NCBI GenBank assembly: GCA_963675595.2
Contig: CAXXLZ010000002.1
Location: forward strand, 1,792,001-1,856,000
Source: Thermodesulfobacteriota bacterium
Lineage (GTDB): Bacteria > Desulfobacterota > Desulfarculia > JACQYL01
Length of the DNA stretch: 64,000 bases
Direction of reading: 5' to 3'
Within the stretch, counting starts at the first letter, position 1, and each line of letters opens with the position of its first letter. Under the pieces are notes generated by a model. The model saw nothing but the letters and a program-made list of their open reading frames with translations, did no database searches and was not told the origin of the DNA. Shown in pieces: positions 28,763 through 37,234 of this stretch. Both the position numbers and the translations under genes were made by a program.

Positions 28763-30103
28763 ATGTCCCGGTCGTCCTTTCGAAAGATCGCTCAAGGCCT
28801 TTACGACTTCATCGCGGAGGACCTTTACCTGAACCGCCGTGACCTGGAGGTTCATGGGAACCGGTTCAACGCGTCCCTCTTATTCAGTCTCCTTACCGGC
28901 CTCTGCGGGGGAAGAATCCTGTTGGTGGGCGAACCCGGGATGGGCAAGACCACGTCGGCCGAGTATGTGAGCTCCCTTGTTTACCGGCTGCCCATTGAAG
29001 TGGTGTGGAAGGCCGAAATTTCGGGACATCCCGAACAGACCGAAGAAAAAATCGTGGGCCGCCCCGATCTGGGAAGTCTTAACCGGGGTCGGGAAGTCGT
29101 CGTATGGTCCTACTTCACTCTGCTGCCGAACAAGATCGTTGATGAAATCAACCGGCTGCCGGAAACCAAGCAAAGCCTGATCCTTGACGGAGTGGATCGC
29201 GGAAAATGGGAATATTTGAATGAATCGGTGATCAATCCGGAGTTCTGTCTTTTCGCCACCGCCAATTACCAGGATCGGGGGACTCATACCATCATCCCTC
29301 CCCTGCTGGATCGTTTCGACGTCTTGGCGGAGTCCAAGCATCCCGGGGCGAATTTGGCCTACCACATCGGCGGTAACGGCAAACGGGTTTCGCTTCTGCG
29401 GGACCCGGAACTGGAACGGGATTTCCATGAGGTCCTGACCTCATTCGCGCCTTACAAGGATCGCATGGATGAAATCGAAACCTTGAGCGGTCGGTTTGGG
29501 TCCCGTTTGACCGCGCAAGCCGGCTTGCCTACTTTCTCAAGGGCCGACCGCCAAAGCATCAGGGACGATATTTCCTCGATCCCTTGCGACCTGGACGCCA
29601 ACGCCTTCCTGAGATTCGCCATCAGCGAGCTTTCCTTCTGCCACGTATTTGGGCAAAAACGGTCCAATGAGGTTTGCGAAGAAGGATGCCATTTCTCTCA
29701 ATACCTCTGCCACGCGGTGCACAACTGCGTTTCCAACCGACTTCCCTTAAGCGCTCGGAATTACGCCCGCGCCCTGGCTTGGTTGTTGGGGCACGAACAA
29801 GTCGACGTCGGGCACCTGACCGCTGTTCTTCCCCACTGTCTGGCTCATCGAATTCAGTGGAAGGAGGAGTTTCTTGCCCGCCGGACAAAGGAGGCAAGAA
29901 GCGATCCCGTGCCCTTGCACATGGCACGACGGGCCGTCGGGGACATGCATCGCCGCTATACGGAGCAATCGGACCTCGTGAAAGACGCACTGGCCAAGGC
30001 TTTTCTAATTCTGGAGGAAGGAACCGGAGAACCGATCCGGGGCGAGCATCCCCTGTTCTGGGAAATCCGAAGAGACCTTGGGGAGGAGTTCAAAGCGGAA
30101 TGA
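28763..30103 (+). CDS. MoxR-like AAA+ ATPase with Cys/His-rich insert
   Basis: Walker A GEPGMGKT, Walker B IVDEINR, sensor I ATAN and arginine finger LLDRF. Insert CHVFGQKRSNEVCEEGCHFSQYLCHAVHNC. Confidence 0.88.
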   Translation: MSRSSFRKIAQGLYDFIAEDLYLNRRDLEVHGNRFNASLLFSLLTGLCGGRILLVGEPGMGKTTSAEYVSSLVYRLPIEVVWKAEISGHPEQTEEKIVGRPDLGSLNRGREVVVWSYFTLLPNKIVDEINRLPETKQSLILDGVDRGKWEYLNESVINPEFCLFATANYQDRGTHTIIPPLLDRFDVLAESKHPGANLAYHIGGNGKRVSLLRDPELERDFHEVLTSFAPYKDRMDEIETLSGRFGSRLTAQAGLPTFSRADRQSIRDDISSIPCDLDANAFLRFAISELSFCHVFGQKRSNEVCEEGCHFSQYLCHAVHNCVSNRLPLSARNYARALAWLLGHEQVDVGHLTAVLPHCLAHRIQWKEEFLARRTKEARSDPVPLHMARRAVGDMHRRYTEQSDLVKDALAKAFLILEEGTGEPIRGEHPLFWEIRRDLGEEFKAE

Positions 30104-30798
30104 GGAACCCTTTTTACGACTTCGGGCCGGACCGCTATGTAAGGCAAAAGGGAGCCGCCGAATCCTCCATGCGGAACAGGGAAAGGATTCTTGATCGGCT
30201 GATGAACGGCTATCGTCGGCTCATCGACGAGGAGGCTCAAAACCTGTTATGGCCTGTGGAACACGAACGAATTCTGAGAGCCTACACCGCTTCGATGGAA
30301 AGAATTGCAGATTTCATCCCCGAGGCCGGGGACATCGAGGAGTTTTGTGCCTTGTTGGATGGGGATGAATCGTCTCTGTGGGTTCCCGGACCCGCCGGAG
30401 TCTTTCTGTCCGCCCTGGTGAACGCTTCATCGGAAACGAAGCTGGAACTCAGGCTCAAAGACTATGGGCGGCGGTTCCACTTTTTGGGTTATCTCCTGCC
30501 CGAAGGCAAGACTCTGGAACTGAACGGAGATGCGGGAGATTTCTGCGGAGCCGCTCTTGACGGAGGCCGACTGGTGGTTGGCGGATCCACCGGTGATTGG
30601 TGCGGGGCCGGTATGTTGCGGGGAACAGTGCTCATCCGTGGGGATTCCGGCGAACACACGGGAATCTGGATGCAAGGCGGCATCATCCACGTGGACGGCC
30701 CCATCCGGGGCATGGGCGAGCCCCGATTCGGAGGGGAGATTCGGACCGGGGAGCCCGACTCCTCCGAAGAAGGCGCCGGGGCGACCTCTTCCTGCTAA
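30100..30798 (+). CDS. GXGXG-repeat (FwdC/GltB C-terminal-like) beta-helix protein with helical N-terminal domain
   Basis: GVFLSALVN followed by repeats NGDAGDFCGAALDGG, GGSTGDWCGAGMLRG, GDSGEHTGIWMQGG and DGPIRGMG. ATGA overlap with the AAA stop. Confidence 0.78.
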   Translation: MRNPFYDFGPDRYVRQKGAAESSMRNRERILDRLMNGYRRLIDEEAQNLLWPVEHERILRAYTASMERIADFIPEAGDIEEFCALLDGDESSLWVPGPAGVFLSALVNASSETKLELRLKDYGRRFHFLGYLLPEGKTLELNGDAGDFCGAALDGGRLVVGGSTGDWCGAGMLRGTVLIRGDSGEHTGIWMQGGIIHVDGPIRGMGEPRFGGEIRTGEPDSSEEGAGATSSC

Positions 30799-30881
30799 TG
30801 TCCGCCGTGCGAATTCACATCGCCTGAGACGTGCTCTTCGATCACCTCGAGCGAACGTCCCGGGGATGTTGGGATCGAGTC

Positions 30882-32462
30882 ATGCCCGACCTCGATAGAA
30901 TCCTTGAGGAAAGCTGGCGCCGTGTACGGCGGAAACATCTGTTCCCCGAACTGCCGGCACCCGTTTGGTCGGATGGGGACGACCGAGTGGGCCTGGACGT
31001 GCGCCGAAAGAGGATCCATCTTTCCCGGCCCTTCGTTCTCAGCGCTTCTCCGGAACTGGAAAACCATGAAGTCGTCGAGGGACTTCTGGACCACGCGGTT
31101 TCCCACCACACCTTCTGTCCCTGGAATTTTGCGGTACATTTGAGACTCTACGGCAGAGCCAAAGCCGTCCTGCGCAAGAAGGAAACGGCCTTGCGCGCCC
31201 TGGACGCCTTTATGGACGTTGCGGCGGACACCTATTGCGTAAACGCCAAGACCGGTCCTCTTCCCAAGATTTACCGCCACCTCTCCAGAAGCCCCTTGGA
31301 CGAAATTCTGCACGGCGTCTACCAGGAGCTGTGGCAGGTGGACCTGGGCATCGCCGGAACTTCCGATCTTTGCCGCCGCCTGAGCCGACTTCCCTATCTG
31401 GACCGTAGGAAATGGGACGATTCCGTTACCCGTTTCAGCAAATTGCTGCGACCGATTCTGGAAGAGACGGCTCGGGACTCCGGAGACGCCCCATGTGCCA
31501 TGGGTCGCCACGGGCTGTCCCGGTACGCTCCCGACGATATCGCCGCCGGCCTCGAACAGCTTGCCGCGGAATCGTCGGGACCTTCGGAATTCATTGAACT
31601 GGTGACCGATTTCCAGGATGAGATTCACGCGGCCGCCGAAGGATCGAGAAGCGGAATGGGCAGAGGAACGGGCCGTACCTTCAGCGCGGACAGGCTCTAC
31701 TATATGAAGCTGGCGGAAAGCTTCTCGCTCCCCGTACGCCGGATCACGACCGAACTGTCGGGTTCGCTCTATCCCCATCACCATACGCCTTGGGAAGCGG
31801 GGCAGCCCGTGCGGGACATGGACCCTTGGACCAGTTTTGGAAAGATTCTTCCCGGTATCACCCAAACCTGGACCCGAGTGGAAGGCCGGATTTCAGGACC
31901 CGAACAGAAGGTGCCCGATTGTCTCATCGTCATCGACTCTTCCGCCAGCATGAAGAATCCCGCCTTATGTCTGTCGCACGCCGTTCTTGGAGCGGCATGC
32001 GCGTGCGATGCCTATTTGAGGAACGGGGCCGAGGTAGCGGTATACAACTTCAGCGACGCTTCCGCGGGCGGAAAACGGCTCTTGCCGTTTTCCCGCAACC
32101 GAGAAGAAATCTACGAAACCCTTTGCCACTTTTTCGGAGGAGGCACCCGCATCCGACCGGAAGATATGGAACCCCTCCAGACCTCGCCTCCTGCAGACCT
32201 GTTTCTGATCACGGACATGCAGTTGACCAATCTGGACGTATTAATCCAATACCTGACCACCTGTCGAAATCGGGTCACCGCCGTTCATATCGGCATGAAC
32301 GAACAGATACACTCGTTTCGCGGGTCCGTCCAAGGTCGGAACAACGTGGACGTGCACGCCGTGGAACGTATGGAAGACATCCCCCGCATCGTTTTGGGGA
32401 AAGTCGGAGAGTATTTGGCCATACGGGAACCATTCCAAACTACGTCGGGAGGCAAGCCATGA
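30882..32462 (+). CDS. vWA-domain protein with degenerate N-terminal HExxH metallopeptidase-like domain
   Basis: LLDHAVSHH in place of HExxH. MIDAS-like IVIDSSAS, YNFS, GGGT and LITD. Confidence 0.8.
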   Translation: MPDLDRILEESWRRVRRKHLFPELPAPVWSDGDDRVGLDVRRKRIHLSRPFVLSASPELENHEVVEGLLDHAVSHHTFCPWNFAVHLRLYGRAKAVLRKKETALRALDAFMDVAADTYCVNAKTGPLPKIYRHLSRSPLDEILHGVYQELWQVDLGIAGTSDLCRRLSRLPYLDRRKWDDSVTRFSKLLRPILEETARDSGDAPCAMGRHGLSRYAPDDIAAGLEQLAAESSGPSEFIELVTDFQDEIHAAAEGSRSGMGRGTGRTFSADRLYYMKLAESFSLPVRRITTELSGSLYPHHHTPWEAGQPVRDMDPWTSFGKILPGITQTWTRVEGRISGPEQKVPDCLIVIDSSASMKNPALCLSHAVLGAACACDAYLRNGAEVAVYNFSDASAGGKRLLPFSRNREEIYETLCHFFGGGTRIRPEDMEPLQTSPPADLFLITDMQLTNLDVLIQYLTTCRNRVTAVHIGMNEQIHSFRGSVQGRNNVDVHAVERMEDIPRIVLGKVGEYLAIREPFQTTSGGKP

Positions 32463-32788
32463 CGTTGAATATCACCGCCAAGAATTTCGAGGAAGAAGTG
32501 ATCGGTTCGGACATTCCGGTCCTGGTGGATTTCTGGGCGCCCAACTGCTCCACCTGCATCGCGCTGAACAGCTTCGTGGACAAGCTGGCGAAAGATTTGG
32601 CGGATCGGCTCAAGGTGGTCAAGGTGAACGCCCTGTCGGACCGAAAAATCTGTGAGATGGCCGACGTGCTTTCAGTGCCGACGTTCATCCTATATCGGAA
32701 CGGAAAAGAGGAGAAGCGGCTGCTTAAGGACGCACCGCTCACGCTGGAAAAGATTCAGGAAATGGCCAGGGAAGCGGTGGGCGATTGA
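32459..32788 (+). CDS. Thioredoxin with atypical WAPNCSTC active site
   Basis: NFEEEVI...PVLVDFWAPNCSTC...VKVN...VPTF. ATGA overlap with the vWA stop. Confidence 0.88.
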   Translation: MTLNITAKNFEEEVIGSDIPVLVDFWAPNCSTCIALNSFVDKLAKDLADRLKVVKVNALSDRKICEMADVLSVPTFILYRNGKEEKRLLKDAPLTLEKIQEMAREAVGD

Positions 32789-32885
32789 TCCGGAGGACGA
32801 ACAAAGACGGGAGCTTGGGGAGCGGTCGCTTCCCCACGGCGAATTCCCGTGGAATCGCCCCATCGGGCCCCTCGGGAGGGGGGCT

Positions 32886-33131
32886 TCATCGGAACGCTTT
32901 TCCGGGCGAGTCTTTTTCCTGGAAATAGGTGAGCTCCCAGGTCCACGTCTCCGTTTCGTGGCGAAGGATGTAGGTCGCCCCATCGTCGCCGATCACTTTG
33001 AAATATCGATGGTCCGGGGATATCCATCGGTCCGACACTTCGGCGACTTCGATTCTTCGGTCACCGATCCGGAAACATCGGGGGGATTCCTCTCCCCGAT
33101 GTCCCGCATAACATTCCACTTTGATCTTCAT
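32886..33131 (-). CDS. Small conserved hypothetical protein (DUF6504-like)
   Basis: KVECYAGHRGEESPRCF...DRWISPDHRYFKV...YILRH...WEL pattern, recalled as a widespread small beta protein. Confidence 0.7.
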   Translation of the reverse strand: MKIKVECYAGHRGEESPRCFRIGDRRIEVAEVSDRWISPDHRYFKVIGDDGATYILRHETETWTWELTYFQEKDSPGKAFR

Positions 33132-33233
33132 GTCCCAACCCGGATTACGAAACGCGAGCCCGGCCGCCCGAGACCGAATCGCGCATTGCCGCCATGGGCT
33201 TCGAACCGCTGCACGCCGCTCCTCCGAAGGCTT

Positions 33234-34937
33234 TCATCGTGAATCAATGGCCGCGTTATCCGGTTGGCCCAGTTCCCGGCGGCACGAGGCGATGAATCGC
33301 CCGGCTTGCTCCGAAGCGGAAAACGGCGACAATTTCCTCAGCGCGTTGCCGTATTCTCCGAGATTCATATAACTGACGCCGAGGCAAACGGCCAGGTCTT
33401 CATTTTCCGGAAACCGATCCGTTCCCCTTTCGAGCACCTCGATGGAATCACGAAAATCCCGTCGCCTCTGCAACAGCATACCCAGGCCCAGATAAGCTCT
33501 CGCGTCCGGCGCATATTTGAGTGCTTTCCGGAAAAGCAGTTCCGCGGTTTCCTCCTTGTTGCTCACCGCGTCGACTTTCGCGTAATCACCGTGGCTGAAG
33601 GTCAGCCCCAGTCTCGAAAGAAAGTCGGCATGCATGGAATACAGCTCCGGCAGGTCCGCCAACTCCACCGACGCGGCGTATTCGTGGAGATTTCCGAAAA
33701 ACTCGTTTCTCAATTCCTCCCCGAAGGCCAGAACCTCCTCTTTGGACAATCCGGGATCGGTTTCCCAGTACATGATATCCTCGATGGGATTGAGCCAGAC
33801 GTCGTCCGTGGCTCCGGTCCTTTTGAGGAAATCGTCGTACAAGGTGGTGCCTGGAAAGATGTCCAAAATATAGAAGATAGCACCGAGCGGGCGGATGCGA
33901 TGCATGAGGGACACGGTTTCACGAATGGTTTCCCGCGTCTCTCCCGGGCACCCGTAAATGAAGTAGGCGCGCGGCAGAATCCCGTAGCGCGTGGTCAGCC
34001 GGAAAGCCCGTTCGATGTTCTCGTCGCTCGTTTCGCGGCCCAAAGCCCGTCGGATTTGGGGGGATCCGCTTTCCACGCCATAGCTGATCTGGATGCATCC
34101 CGCCCTTCTCATCCAGTAGAGGACGTCTTCGTCCACGTGGTTCACATGGGAAATCGCATACCATTGCACATCCAACTCCCGCCGGACAATCTCCCGGCAG
34201 ACGGCAACGGCGTGGTCTTTGTTCAGAGTGAACATATCGTCGGACACGTAGAAGAAGGATTCTCCTTTTTCCCGCAAAGTCTTTATTTGGGACACGAAGT
34301 AGTCCGGAGAATGGAATCGGACCTGTTTCCTCCACCAGCGAGGAGAACCGCAGTAGACGCATTTCCCGACGCATCCCCTCGAGGAAATCAGGTGACGAAA
34401 AGAGCTCATTTGCGCAGGGTCCGGCAATTCGTCCAGGTTGCGAACGGGTGGGGCGTCCTCCATCCGAACCACCCGATCCTCTTTCCGGAACGCGATGCCT
34501 TTCAGGCTCCCGGGATCGCCCCCCTTCTCCAGCAAGGCGGCCAACGCCGGGAGAGTGATTTCGCCCTCTCCGATCACCACGAAATCGATGACCGGAAACC
34601 GGGTCAGAAAATGTTCCCAGAGAAAGGTGGGGGCGGGTCCGCCGAAGACAACCCGCGTCTTGGGTTCGACCTTCTTGACGATATGTGCGATTTCCAGGCC
34701 GCCCCAGCGGTTGGCATTGAAAATGGACAGTCCCACAAGGTCCGGTTTTTTCTCCTTTATGGCGAACTCCATTTGCTCCGACCGGCCCTTCATGTGGTGC
34801 CAGTTCAACACCTCGACGTCGTGGCCGTCCTTCAGAAGCAACGCCGACAGGGTCCAAAGGCCGATGGGGACCGTTTGCGCGTCCTCCGCCTGGACCCGTT
34901 CATCCAAAGTATATGGGTAGATAAGCAAAATCTTCAC
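33234..34937 (-). CDS. B12-binding radical SAM protein with C-terminal TPR
   Basis: KILLIYP, VFGGP, GEGE, SRGCVGKCVYC, GVESGS and C-terminal TPRs. GTG start at 34937. Confidence 0.9.
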   Translation of the reverse strand: MKILLIYPYTLDERVQAEDAQTVPIGLWTLSALLLKDGHDVEVLNWHHMKGRSEQMEFAIKEKKPDLVGLSIFNANRWGGLEIAHIVKKVEPKTRVVFGGPAPTFLWEHFLTRFPVIDFVVIGEGEITLPALAALLEKGGDPGSLKGIAFRKEDRVVRMEDAPPVRNLDELPDPAQMSSFRHLISSRGCVGKCVYCGSPRWWRKQVRFHSPDYFVSQIKTLREKGESFFYVSDDMFTLNKDHAVAVCREIVRRELDVQWYAISHVNHVDEDVLYWMRRAGCIQISYGVESGSPQIRRALGRETSDENIERAFRLTTRYGILPRAYFIYGCPGETRETIRETVSLMHRIRPLGAIFYILDIFPGTTLYDDFLKRTGATDDVWLNPIEDIMYWETDPGLSKEEVLAFGEELRNEFFGNLHEYAASVELADLPELYSMHADFLSRLGLTFSHGDYAKVDAVSNKEETAELLFRKALKYAPDARAYLGLGMLLQRRRDFRDSIEVLERGTDRFPENEDLAVCLGVSYMNLGEYGNALRKLSPFSASEQAGRFIASCRRELGQPDNAAIDSR

Positions 34938-35168
34938 GGACTCTTCCCCTTTCCATCCTCTTTCCATACACCAACGAATAGCCTCCCGCAACCGGCGCAG
35001 ACATCGCCGCGCCGCACCCGCCGGCCGAGGAGTCTCCGATTAGCGCAAGTCCGTAGCTCTGGCTCTTCAGCCGGTGATCGGCGCCAAGCCGAAGCCTATC
35101 TATTTGTTATTATGATAAAACTATTAATTGAGCACGTGATGGAACAGGCGAAGGAGCGAAGTTATGTT

Positions 35169-35185
35169 TTGCAACTTGGTTGCAT
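35169..35185. promoter_or_regulatory. Candidate Zur box
   Basis: TTGCAACTTGGTTGCAT matches, at all but one defined position, the ATGCAAC-N3-GTTGCAT motif I recall for Desulfovibrio Zur. It lies upstream of zinc-uptake genes. Confidence 0.7.
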
Positions 35186-35265
35186 CTATGATAACAAAAC
35201 GCCACGTCATTCAGCGCCGGCCGAAACCAACGCCGGCATACACCGTACCCGCAGCGGATTCCATC

Positions 35266-36225
35266 ATGTCCATCTCCTTCATCCAGGACCTCCGATTCTT
35301 CGCATCCATCACCCTTGCCATTTTCCTGGAAGCCGCTCCCTTTCTGTTGTTGGGCTCCTTGGTGTCTTCAATCTTCGAGATCTACGTGCCATCGGATTTC
35401 CTCGCCAAAAGGATGCCCAAACGCGTTTCCACCGGCATCGGAATGGGACTCCTGGGTGGTTTGATCATGCCCACGTGCGAATGCGGAGTGGTTCCCATCG
35501 CCCTCCGACTCATGCGCAAGGGAGTCCCTTCGCATGCGGCCGTGGCCTTCATGTTGGCCTCTCCGGTCATCAACCCCATCGTACTGACCTCGACCTACAT
35601 GGCCTTTCGAGGCGATTGGACCATGGTGGCGGGACGAGTTGTCTTGGCGTTGATCCCCGCAGCCTGCGTGGCCTGGTCCCTGTCCGGAATCCCGCCGGAA
35701 GCCCTTTTGCGAAATCGATGGGGCGGCGCTCCTTCGGGCGGCACAGGGAGTCTGCCCATGTTCCCCGATCACGCCGAGGGCGTGTGCTGTGCTCACGGTC
35801 ATCACGCAGAGCACGGGTCTTCCTCCAAACCCATGCGGCTCCTGCTCCACACCGGTTCCGAATTCTTGGACATGAGCCGTTACCTGCTCTTCGGCTGTAT
35901 TGCCGCCGGGCTGTTCAAGACTTTCGTACCCCTGGACATCGTCTTCCATATCCAGGAAAAACCGCTGCTTGCCGTGGGAGGCATGATGCTGCTCGCAATA
36001 CTGCTTTCCGTGTGCTCCGAGGCGGACGCATTCGTGGCCGCCTCCTTTACCGCGTTTCCCAAGGCGGCCCAGCTCTCCTTTACCGCCATCGGCCCCATGG
36101 TGGACCTCAAGCTTGCGGCGGTGTTTTTTTCCTTTTTTCACAGAAGAGTCGTGGGGGTGCTGCTGCTCACCCCAACGTTCATCATCTACGTCCTTTCTCT
36201 AGTGCTCATGCGTTACATTGGGTAA
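35266..36225 (+). CDS. Permease, DUF318/ArsP (YcgR-like) family
   Basis: FLEAAPFLLLG, PTCECGVVP, ASPVINP, His-rich loop CCAHGHHAEH, VCSEADAF and GPMVDLK. Confidence 0.9.
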   Translation: MSISFIQDLRFFASITLAIFLEAAPFLLLGSLVSSIFEIYVPSDFLAKRMPKRVSTGIGMGLLGGLIMPTCECGVVPIALRLMRKGVPSHAAVAFMLASPVINPIVLTSTYMAFRGDWTMVAGRVVLALIPAACVAWSLSGIPPEALLRNRWGGAPSGGTGSLPMFPDHAEGVCCAHGHHAEHGSSSKPMRLLLHTGSEFLDMSRYLLFGCIAAGLFKTFVPLDIVFHIQEKPLLAVGGMMLLAILLSVCSEADAFVAASFTAFPKAAQLSFTAIGPMVDLKLAAVFFSFFHRRVVGVLLLTPTFIIYVLSLVLMRYIG

Positions 36226-36346
36226 CAACGGAAGGAAAATCCGGTCTCGGCACAGCGGGAATACCGGAGGCCCGGTATGGGGAATGATCGAGGTGAAGGC
36301 TGCGGCGAGCCCCGCGCTTTGGGCTCCTCCGGAGTTCGGGTAGGAT

Positions 36347-37132
36347 ATGGAATCGACACAACAAACAAACCGACGACACAAATCTCTCTGGGGACTCGCA
36401 CAAGGAGCGGTGCTCCTGGGAATGGGCCTTTACCTGGTGAGCCTGGTTTTGGGAGACGATTACTGGCTTCTCCTGAACCCCCGGTTCCGCTGGGTCAGCG
36501 CCACGGCGGCGTTTGTACTCCTGGTGGTGGGCACGGCCTCCCTGATCCGCCCCCCCGCGAACGCCAAGTTTTCCCACTTGATCGGTTTTCTCGTCCTTTT
36601 CGCGCTGGCGGGCGTTCAACACCACGATCCCGCCAACGAGGCGTTCAAGGACCCGATGAGTCCTCTGAGAGCTGAGAACCCGGAGCCTCGTGTTTCCATT
36701 GATGGAACGGAATACATCAAGCTGAACACTGCGGAGCTCTTCCTCATCGCCGAGCAGCACAAAGATCGCATTCCCTTGAAATACGCAGTGCGCGGGATCG
36801 TGGTCCGTAGCCCCGAGCTGGACCGTCGCAACCGCTTCGCCCTGTTACGAGTCCACATGTTCTGCTGCTTGGCGGACGCGGTGGCCGTGGGATTCCTGGT
36901 TCCGTACGACAAGGTGGGCACCCTGCAAACCGGGCAGTGGGTGCGGGCGGCCGGCACCCTCAGACCCGAGACCCCGAGCAAGGCCGACCAGCAGTCCATC
37001 CACCTGGAAAACATCGCGTTCACCGCGATCAACGAGAATTACGCCTTGGAGCCGGACCACGTGGACCCGGTGGAAGCTCCGGAGTTTCAGTTTATCTTTG
37101 AATTCCGGGACAAGGAACCTTACGCCTATTGA
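36347..37132 (+). CDS. DUF1980 / TIGR03943 (YcgQ-like) permease partner
   Basis: N-terminal TM segments and RVHMFCCLADA...GQWVRAAG motif. Follows the DUF318 gene. Confidence 0.85.
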   Translation: MESTQQTNRRHKSLWGLAQGAVLLGMGLYLVSLVLGDDYWLLLNPRFRWVSATAAFVLLVVGTASLIRPPANAKFSHLIGFLVLFALAGVQHHDPANEAFKDPMSPLRAENPEPRVSIDGTEYIKLNTAELFLIAEQHKDRIPLKYAVRGIVVRSPELDRRNRFALLRVHMFCCLADAVAVGFLVPYDKVGTLQTGQWVRAAGTLRPETPSKADQQSIHLENIAFTAINENYALEPDHVDPVEAPEFQFIFEFRDKEPYAY

Positions 37133-37234
37133 CCGGATCGTTCGGTTGCCGGATTTCGTGAAGGCCTTTCCCCCGTGACGTGGTCCGAGGGCCGTTCAAT
37201 TCAAACGCAGGTCCGCCTGCAGAAGGAGTCAGCC

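Noticed and set aside
30100-30798. Calling the GXGXG protein fwdC
   Set aside because: It has too few repeats, an unrelated N-terminal domain and no other fwd genes nearby.
33264-36287. 1007-aa plus-strand ORF
   Set aside because: It lies antisense to the radical SAM gene and out of frame over the permease, with no motifs. This is a high-GC shadow ORF.
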